Notes under the pieces: model-generated
Database searches by the model: none
What the model was told of the DNA's origin: nothing
Seen by the model: the letters and a program-made list of their open reading frames with translations, nothing else
In this document: in pieces, positions 54,329-64,000 of the stretch
Layout of the letters: every line of letters begins with the position of its first letter
Position numbering within the stretch: position 1 is the first letter of the stretch
Position numbers and translations under genes: made by a program
Origin: Utricularia gibba
Taxonomy: Eukaryota; Plantae; Magnoliophyta
Reading direction: 5' to 3'
Assembly (NCBI GenBank): GCA_002189035.1
Contig: NEEC01000004.1
Span: 4,216,001-4,280,000 of the forward strand
DNA: 64,000 bases

Positions 54329-57178
54329 CTCATAATCAAACAAACCCCAAAATAGATCTGCAAAAAAAACCCTAAATCTGGAAGCCCTTGATGCAGAAAC
54401 ATTTCTCGCCTTGTACTGTTCCATTAAGAAAGATCAGCTCCTGCAAGCGTTAGTGTAAACCAAAGGCACCAAAACAGATAAGAGAAACGAAACATTCTCG
54501 TGAGAAGATCCTTCTTTCTACTGTTGCATTAGAAATATGAGATTTTGCAAGTGCTAGTGCGCAGTGAATGGCCCTTTAATAGACAAGAAATAACACCAAA
54601 GGGTACAGTAAAGTAGCCAAGTGGGAATGCAGAGTCTGCGTGCAACGACAAGAACAAATGCGGGGTTATCTTATCACGTCTGCGCCACTACACCAATCAT
54701 TTTTTATTACAGGGATTTCAAACTCACGCACCCGTACGTGTTTCTGTGTCTGGTTGTCTATACACCACCACAGGTGCAGAGAAAAAAATAATAATAATCA
54801 CAACAAGCTTTCATTGGAGCACACTTCTCAATTCTCATAAATTCTCAAACCATGCACCACCGCGTATAATTCCTCTACCCCAGAGGCTTCTAATGGAACC
54901 CAGAGTAGGTGCGTGTCGCCAACCGCAAACTTATGCTATGGATTAACTCCCCACATTTATTATCATTCTGAGAAAGTGAGTATTACAGCATTGAAAACCG
55001 TCATCAATCAAACTTTAATACATGCAGATATTTTTAAATGTAGCTGGTTGTGTTCCTGTGAAAGGGAGCATGGCCGTGTTAGTCAATCTCTTGCTTCGGA
55101 CAAACTGTGGTGTAAGATTGTATTGTATAGATATGACACACAAGGTACACTTCATCAAAGATTGAAACATGTTCTGAAATAATATTTTTTTTGAAAAGAA
55201 AGTACTTCCTTTAATAATAAAATTACCTGTTAAAATATAAGTTAAGTTCAAAAGGGTCTTTTGACAGCAACCATGCCATAGGATACAGCAGCACAAATCC
55301 GACTTTGTAATAGACCTGTGCAAGCTTTTCACAATATGATTTGTTTGTATGGAATTCCGCACACACGAGCTCATCAAGTCCCAAACTCTCACACCATGAT
55401 CTTTGATGGGATACATAATTCAAGCTTGGGGAGTGCTGCCCACCATTTTTGATTAGGTGCTATGAAGAACGTATAAATAGACAATGTGAGCGTTCACCTA
55501 GTCACGTTGAAATGATTCTCATATATGTAAGTTCATCGGAAATGGCTTCACTTATCGTATAATGAGCTTCTTTATCGGGCTTGTGTTATTAAATGCAGTA
55601 AACTCTTCTCCTAGATGCTCATCTAGTTCTCTTTAGATATGGCATACACACCCACAATCTTAGCTTATTCTTAAAGTTGAGAGTACTCATCCATTCAACA
55701 GGTAATGCCCACAAGATTTAGCTTCTAATCTGAATTTCTAGGGCTCCGACAGATGCTTGTCTTCTCTACATGAATCCATTCTCTTCGATTCAGGGATTCC
55801 ACGACTGAGCAATACCAATACAAAGGGGTGTACATTGGCTTCATAGGACAAAGAAGGGTCAGGATTTTTCTGTACGTAGAAAGACAGGGAGAATAATATC
55901 AGATCACATTCCTCGATCGGTAAAATTAGTTTCTAAGGATTCGAGATTCTAAATCTGACACCCCAACTGTGTTCATTTGGTCCTTCAGAGATTAGATGCG
56001 ATGCCGTTGCCGAGATGACGACCTTCTGATTCCTCCGTGGTCATAGATACCCTCTTTTGCCCCTTGGAAAAGGATTGATTGGGTAGAGCAACTCCGGGGA
56101 TAAAGTCATCTTCTTCACTAACCCGAAGTTGATGGTTTTGTCTTGTTTTGTGTCTGAAATTTCCAACTCGAGAAATACAGTTGAACCCATTACTGCACTG
56201 CACATGAAGCACAACTACCCATCACACTTGGCTGTAGCCCACAAAGCCATGGTGGTGTACCGGCAATAAATTACAGTATGGAGATCAACGACTGTGGTGG
56301 TTGGAACTTCAAACTCGTGTAGGCCAAGTCTGATAGGAATCTAGGGCATTCATTTTCCTTGCCGCAGCTTGGATCGTTCGCCAAGTGTGAAGCGTTGAAT
56401 CTGGGTGCAGGCCAAATGTGGTACGAATACTAAGGGGCGCCAATCGCCATGGCAGTCAAGACAAGGAGATGTCGTATGTACTTCATGTGGGAGTCCTCCA
56501 AAATGGAATCTAGGGCATTCATTTTCCTGGGAGTGAAAAAAAGAAAAGTTACCCAGGACAGGCGACGTGTCGCATGGCGAATCGGTCAACCGGCAGACGG
56601 CCCAGCCACGTGTTGCAGCCTCACCGGTAGTCCCATTGAATGAATGGAGTCTGTGGCGAGCTTGCTTCATGACTGCCGTTGGCTCATTCATTTCTCGTAG
56701 CCTGACAAACACTGCATATCCAAAAACCCGATCGACTGGACGCGGCAGCGCAGCCGCCCCTTTCCGGCCGTCATCCAGCCTTGAAGAAGATGAAGGGAGT
56801 ATCGTCTAATTGGGGTTCGCAAGTTTTTTTTACTGTCGAATGCTGTATCGTCCTCCGTTTTAGCATATTTAAGGATATCCGGAAATGCAGCATTTCCGGA
56901 AAATTGATTTATTTAATTTTGTTTATAAAGTTTATTTTATATTTGTATTCATTTTCGAAAATTGAGTTATTGTGATATTACATTTACGTTTAGATCTTTA
57001 GCACCGTGTTTTTAAGCAGTTTTCGGAAGTAAACGGGAATTCATCATTTTCATTTCCTTAAAAAAATAAAAACAATTTTACTCATTTCCAGAAATCTTAG
57101 TAAACTCCTTACTCTTCGACTTCGGAGAAGAACAGAAATATACACGACCGGTTCTTGCTTATGTATAACTATGTACGT

Positions 57179-57394
57179 GTTTTGTTGGATTGATATAGAG
57201 AGAAACTAAATATTATTTATATGTTTCGTTGGTTGATTAAATTATTTGTGAGTAAAAAACAATCTATTAAAATCATACAATAAAGTATAAAATAACACTA
57301 AAGAAGAATTAGGTTTTTTAATATCCATTAAGAAAGAGTTTTTTTTTATCCCAAATAAAATTAAACTCATCTATTCACTTCAATCTAACAAAAC
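57179..57394. mobile_element. Possible short MITE
   Basis: Inverted termini GTTTTGTTGGATTGA (57179-57193) and TCAATCTAACAAAAC (57380-57394), 14 of 15 match. TSD not clear. Confidence 0.4.
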
Positions 57395-59702
57395 GGACCC
57401 AATAGGTTACCGCATGGCCTATTGAAAAAAATTATAAGGTTATTAAAATTTGATTTCTCCTTATATGATTGATTTTTATTTCTATTTTTGTTAATTTCAA
57501 ATTAAAGTAGTATTCTTGAAAATTTTTGAAACCTATTTTTATTTTTTAAAATTCGAAATAAAAAAATAAAAGTAACCAACTACTTACTTTTTCAAAAATA
57601 AATTTTATAATTATAATTTTAAAAGTATTTTTTATAAAATTACTTTTACAATTAAAAATGTTCTAGAACAAAATTATTTTTATTTTTGAAAAATAGAAAT
57701 AGTTTTTAAAATTTTTCCATAAGACTCTTTAAGTTTTAACAAAATATATACATCGAGGTTCTATTTGATTAAAATTACTTTTAAAAAAATAGTTTCAAGA
57801 AATATAACTAAATATAACATCAATTTTCACCTCACAAGATGTCCCATTGGAGAGAATTTCTTCGATTAAAACATTAATAAGACGTGGGATATAATTTTTA
57901 TTTTAAAAAATAAATAATTATGCCAAACACAAGGAAAGATAATATCGAATATTTGAAATGAAATTATTCCAAAAACACTCATCACAAATACATTGGGGTT
58001 AGACAAGATTCCTCGCCCCTGGCATTCCTTCACTGCGTTCATTTAATTGGGAGACCAATTATTTTAATTCCTATAATTTATTCATTTACTATCCTTTTTT
58101 AATTGTTATTTTGAAGCCGTATTGATTGCAAGGCAAGAGCTCACATGTCTTCTCGCGGGCGAACACATTGAATGCCATCGACAGTGATTAAATATACAAC
58201 TAAAAAAATTCCATTTAATTGGGGCGAATTAAAATATTGGAAATTTTATTAATATAATTTGGTTAAAAAAGGGCATTTATTCTGATTATTCCAAACCCGT
58301 GAAATTGATTTATTTTGAAATAATTAGAATTCAGGTGGTAATTATATAACCAGAATTTTTGTATTAAATTACATTAAATTCAACTAAAATATAAAAATCA
58401 CATAATAATGTCACAATATCACTTTTTTTAAACTATTGAACATAGCTTTGGAGTATTTATATATTCCTTTTTTATTTTTAATTTTTTTAAAAAATTAAAT
58501 TTGAAATTAACAAAAAATTAATCGGTGAGTTGTAGAAAAATTAAACCATTCGACTTGTCTATTAATCAACCCATTTGAAGTCCAACTACAAATACATTTG
58601 TGAGAGTTTTTTAAAAAAAAATGCGAAGCCACGTGGTAAAATTTCTCAATCAGCCAGGCGATTTGGGTTTTTTTGGGCCGTTATAGAATATCGATAACAT
58701 TTTGGGCTTTAATCCAACACATTTGGGTCTCAAGAGTTCAATAGTAGGAAGCAAAGCTGGCCCAGCCCGTTGCCACCTCTTGCCTTTTTTCAAAATTAAT
58801 GCGTTTAATTCATTTTCGTAAATGCATTGGTTTAGTCATTTAATCATAAAATTGGAATGATTTTTTTTATGATGAGGTAAATCTGATTCACTAATTTTCA
58901 ATTATATTTAATAACATTATAAAACAAAATTATTATCTAAATTAACTCAATCAAAGGTTGAGTTGAATTTTGAATACGACTGAATGAATTTAATTTATGA
59001 TTTTAAAATTCTAATTTAGATAACGCATATCCCATACATTGTTGTATTTATGAGAATCAATTTTAAATTATCAACCCGAAAAAATCAATCTACCAAACGA
59101 TGTTAGGTTTGCGATTTGGTTTCAATTTTTAATATTTTTACCAATTATGCAAACTCATCAATCGATTCCGATTTTTACAATGTTTCGATGAACTTTGATT
59201 AACCGAAAAATATGCACCAATTCTACAAAATAGTATATTTGAAATAGTGGAAAAATTGATATAAAAAAGAATTTGTAATGATTTGGATAAATGATTATGA
59301 ATTAATTAATCAAAAAATATCAAACTATTCAAAAAATTGAATTTTCATTAATTTTTGAGATATCAATGATTTTGAATAATAAACATTTATGATTTAATTC
59401 TGTGCAAAAGTGGGATTTGACTTTGGAATACAACAAATGAAATAATCCTGCAGTGCCACCAATTACAAGGAAGCCAGCTGTCAGACTGAAAAGGAGTTCT
59501 TACAAGCAATTATTTTATTACTTTATTTTGCATAAAATAATGTGCACAGAAACGGATGAAGCCGATGCCGATGCTTTTGTTCAAAGAATCTGTCTTGTCT
59601 CCTCATCCTCTAAAGCATGCCAATGATTTTTATACACACCCGCCCGCAACTGAACATTGAACAACTTCTTTTGTTTCTGGTACAATCGGAATGTCGTGGC
59701 CT

Positions 59703-60629
59703 TCACATTCCCAGCTCCAGCGACATCGATGTGGAGCAGCTCTTACCCTTTTCATCAGGCGCCGCTCGCCGGTCCTCAGACTTTGTGCAATCCATCGTTA
59801 CTCCGAACAGCCTCAGCCTCTTCACGGAGGCCTTTCCGTTCGCCGCCGTCCCGGGGTCCAGCGCCGGTTCTGTCGTTCGCGGCGCTGCCGGATGCTGCCG
59901 TATGTTGGCGATGACACTGCTGTAGCCTGGAGGAATTTATTGAGACACTTAAGAAGGCGGAATCAGATAAATCTTGGTTGGTGTGAAGAGAGCATTACCA
60001 TCGAGTAATAAGCTTGGGGTGTGGTACATGTGCTTGAACTGGGATCTGGAGGAGGGCTCGAGCAGAAGGGGGCTCCATGGATGAATGTGGGAATGGGAGC
60101 GGTGGAGGAAGGAGAAATGGTGAGACAGCGGCAGCGGCGGCTGGATCTCGAGGCGGCGTCGCCAGTCGATAAATAAACGGTCTCTCGAAACCCCGACTCC
60201 CCGTTGAAACGAAACGACGTCTCCGGCGTCCAGCTTCTTCTCCTTCACAAACCTGCTCATTTTTTGTTCTTGAGATCAGATCTCCAGAAAATGATGCAAT
60301 AACGTGGTGTACGTACCTTGTGTTAAAAAAAAATAGCAGTAACAAACCAAACCAAACCTGCTCCATCCTTTGGTCATAACGTAGCTCTGGCTGCTGTTCC
60401 AGTACGAGTACCGAAAATGCCATGGCTTCCCATTCCGATCTTCGAAGCTGAGAAGAAGCCCCTTCTCATTGGCACTGGAATCCAATGGAAAGTATTTTTC
60501 AGCGTACTGTTTAGGGATCACCAGACGGTTGAGTTTCCCGACGTCACTCGGCGTGACGACTTTGTCGAACATGTGCTCTTTCGACTTGTCGTCGACGGCG
60601 GTGCCGCCACCGGCTTCTAAAAAGTTCAT
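59703..60629 (-). CDS. NGA: NGATHA-like B3-domain (RAV family) transcription factor
   Basis: Exons 60629-60358, 60252-59999 and 59926-59703 give 750 nt (249 aa). B3 domain [34 protein letters not shown]...YVMTKGWSR|[15 protein letters not shown], repressor motif RLRLFGV, NGA-type C-terminus [15 protein letters not shown]. Confidence 0.9.
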
Positions 60630-61387
60630 GGCAGAGGAAAGGGGAGATTTTGGATCGGATTAGGCAAGAAGAACGGAAAAGAGAAGGAAAAAAAGAAAAT
60701 CGAAGGGCCCTTTTTTGACCAAATGAGACTAGGGGTGGGTTTATATGGTCCTAAGTTTATTATTAATTAATGAACGTATGGACATCAGAATTTTTCGAAA
60801 TGAAAAGCAGATCCCCCCCGAGTTACACTTCCAGATTCCTCTCAATTTCACTAACGTAACCCTAATTATGCAACTCATATAAACCCCTAAACGTGATCAA
60901 AAAGGGCGAGTTTAAGGTTTGAACACTTGGGGTCTCTGCAAATAATCAGAAGGCAGCAAAAGTTGCCAACTTGACCCAAAACAAGACTTCAAGTGACGAT
61001 ACGGATACACATGTAATAAAGGCAGAAACCTTGGGGAACACATTGAAATCATTTCATGTGGTTTTAGGTGGAAGCATAAAGCACTGTAGAACCTTGAAGT
61101 ATGAGAGAGATACAATACTCTCAGACATTATGTACCCCCTCCTCGCTACACTCATGCACTCATCCAATCTACAATGCCCGACACCCAACCCAAAGTAAAG
61201 AATCATCATTTTCTTGTACGATATTATTAGTTTTGAATATCAATTCTTATAGTTTATGTCATTTCCTTTTGGAGAAAAAACATTATGTAAGATTATGGGA
61301 GTACTTCTATTTAAACACGTTTTTGCTCCCTTATTATACATAATCAATGTGGAATATCATCAACAGAGTTATTAAGAATCTGGATTT

Positions 61388-61404
61388 GGCTCTAATACCA
61401 AATG
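61388..61404 (-). mobile_element. Primer-binding-site-like remnant of an LTR/TRIM retroelement
   Basis: The minus strand reads ...TTACA-TT-TGGTATTAGAGCC: an LTR-type CA end, a 2-nt spacer and a near-canonical tRNA-iMet PBS (TGGTATCAGAGC). No coding remnant or paired LTR identified. Confidence 0.35.
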
Positions 61405-64000
61405 TAATAAATTAGACTCTCATTTTCTCTAAAATGAAAGAATATAAAATCATAAAGATTGGATGTTTAAAATGCATGGTATCGTTCAAGATGAGAATTA
61501 GTTGTTACATTTGTTTGGAAATTTCGATAGTGATTCAGGGAGATAGAACTTCATCACCCACAAACATAACTAAAAGGGAGAGGTATCTTCTGATACTTTC
61601 TTTCCATTGGGAACTAACTCATTGGTCCTCACTCACAATTACGATCCTTCACTTTTGGTGCATGGGAAAGAGAGATCTAGAGCGAGAGACGTACTGTTTT
61701 ATAGCTAGGGGGAGGAGGGGGGGACTGTAGAGTGTAGAGTGGACCGGGCCGAGTTAGGGTGCCAGTTATTACAGAAATACAATAAATAATATATCATTTA
61801 AATTAAAAAAATGGCAACCAATTAATACTTGCAAGTACAGCTGCTTATTACAATAATAACAAGAGAAATCAAGTGATCTTTGTGTGTGGAACAACTTGAA
61901 GTAAACTCCACTCGTGTCTCAGATGCCCCTTCCTTCATTCCTTGCAAGGAGGAGGGAGCCAGCTGTTGATTTATTGCAATAATAATTCAGAATTATTGTC
62001 AGTTCACAATTAGAAATATTAATTCACATACATTATTGATGTAGCAACCATAAGTTTCATATCATGTCACATTGTCTAGGCATACCATCCCATGCCATGG
62101 CTCCAATTTGCAATGATTCACACCCATTGTGTAAAATATCACCCATTTCTAATGATCAACTCCTTATAGTTTCATGTTTTCACTGCCTTTTGTCTTTGTC
62201 TTTTCAGAATTTCAATTATTGTCACTTTACTCTAGATTAAACATACTTAACTTTAGAGTTCATACCAAAGACCATTTACAGTACTCAGGAAAAGGTATCG
62301 TATAACATTTGTATGATCATTCTACTCAATCTCATATTCCACTTCATGTGTAACTGATATCAAATTCATCTAAGTCCCTTCCGCACTTCCTGAGGCAGGG
62401 CATCGTACTAATTCAGATCATACCCGTATTTCTTCCATCACATCTGCTCATGAAAACCCTAGAATTTTCTCCTTTCCAAGGCCCCAAAACAGCATAAGTA
62501 TCAAATGCTATTTAAGATGTAGTGTTTGGCAAGTGGGTTAGGAGTCGAGTGTTTGGTAAGAAATTTTATTTCATATAATTTAAATTTTAATCTTTTATAA
62601 GAATTTATCGAAAACGATAAAATAGAAAATTCTTGTTTTAAATCTCATTAACAATTTAAAACACAATTGAATATAATACCATTAAATAATCTATGTATCA
62701 AACATATTTTAATTTAAATTTTTAAAAATTACTTTTATCCTATATCAAATAACAAAAAATCAAATTAACTAATAATGCTATCTCAAGGGATTTGATCCTC
62801 GCATTTAGGGTTTATTTTTTTTCTTATACATTTGCATTTTGTTACCATAAAATAAATATCTTATAAATACAAGGGAGTTTAATGATCTTATATACAAAAG
62901 ATTGGAGATAATCCCTTTATTGGTTTATATCATATAGTCAGATTTGGTTCTTATAGCCACCATATACATAACTGTCTTGTTTCTTACATATTTGTATGCG
63001 TACAGTTTTGAAAAAAATAACAATAATAAGTGGGAAGATGGTCGTGGATTGGTAGGGTTAGGGCCACCCGGTCGTCATTAAATGCGACGTAGTTCAAATT
63101 TTGTCTTTACAGTTAATGCGGAGTTGCATAATGCAGCAGGTCTACCTAGTTGAGTCGCAGCAATGGAGTTGGACAATTATTGACCTCCTCCATTAATCAA
63201 TCATTTAATTCAAATTCATTTACCTTTTTCCCTTGTTTCCTCCTACACATTTCAAGAATCCAATCCCCGCCTCCTTTCTTCGTCCGGACAACAAGAAAAC
63301 CTGTAAAAACCAGATAACCCTGGTCTGATCTTGGAGTGGGATTCGAGCTGACAGTTCGTGTTTCATGCAGAAATGAGATGCAGATGCAGGGGTTGACTCG
63401 GGCTCTTGCTTGCACTATTCCTTCATGGTGTAGGTGATGCATATTTTTTCCTGAAGTAGACCACACCTGTCGATAGTGGTGTAATGCATGTAGCCCTGAA
63501 GATAGGCTAGGAGGGCTAAACATTGAAACTAGGGGTCCAAGGGAAAATACCGGGTGCAGGCACTACATGGGTTATGTTCATTTTTTTTTTATCTTAGTGT
63601 ATGAAATATAGATGTAAAGTAATCAGATGTGTGAATGACTCTATGAATGCTTTGGACATGTTAGAAGTAGTGGGCTGTCTCACATTCGAAGTAACAAATA
63701 AAGAACCATAGCATACGTGATCGATTCAAATTTATGCTTCCGAGCACACGTATAAAAGAATTGGAGTCTATTTGGTGCAATTCCAATTTTAATAAAAGTA
63801 TTTCTAGAAATGATTTTCGAACAAAATATATGTTACTTCTTTTTCGGATATAGCTTCAATTTTTTTAAAAGATGAGATATCTATATTTCATTAAAAATTA
63901 AAGCATTTCTAAAATCACTTCTTTAGAACTGTTTTTTTGGAATTATACCACACAGAGTTTCGCGTCCACAGTTATAGGAGCTCTTCTTAGTGTTAATGGC

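Noticed and set aside
54400-55150. GTAC motifs as SPL feedback sites at MIR156
   Set aside because: The few 4-mers present are within chance expectation.

Overview
Gene-dense nuclear DNA from a flowering plant (spliceosomal introns, AT-rich intergenic DNA, MITEs). I can support about 13 protein-coding loci: two tandem ankyrin-PGG (ACD6/ITN1-like) paralogs, a PAM2-Smr protein (CID7-like), YLMG2, FBL15/SLOMO, a GT-2-like coiled-coil protein with no trihelix domain, NdhU, PEX10, a class II small HSP, an NDR kinase, a domesticated Harbinger (HARBI1/ALP1-like) gene, a double-domain methyltransferase, BRF1 and an NGATHA-like B3 factor. A MIR156 hairpin is also present. The most unusual signals are: (i) a 105-nt intron inside the NGATHA B3 domain flanked by an exact 11-bp direct repeat, the footprint expected of a recent intron gain; (ii) a ~1.8-kb strand-polarised array of ~22-bp units built on TGGGCY (site II/TCP-like) motifs, filling the divergent PEX10/sHSP intergenic space; (iii) a precise intron presence/absence difference between the two ankyrin paralogs; (iv) two back-to-back small ORFs in the pri-miR156 leader. 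Many conserved genes carry 1-bp deletions in homopolymer runs, which probably reflects long-read consensus error, so frameshift-based pseudogene calls here are unsafe. All product names and Arabidopsis locus numbers come from recalled protein similarity, not from a database search.
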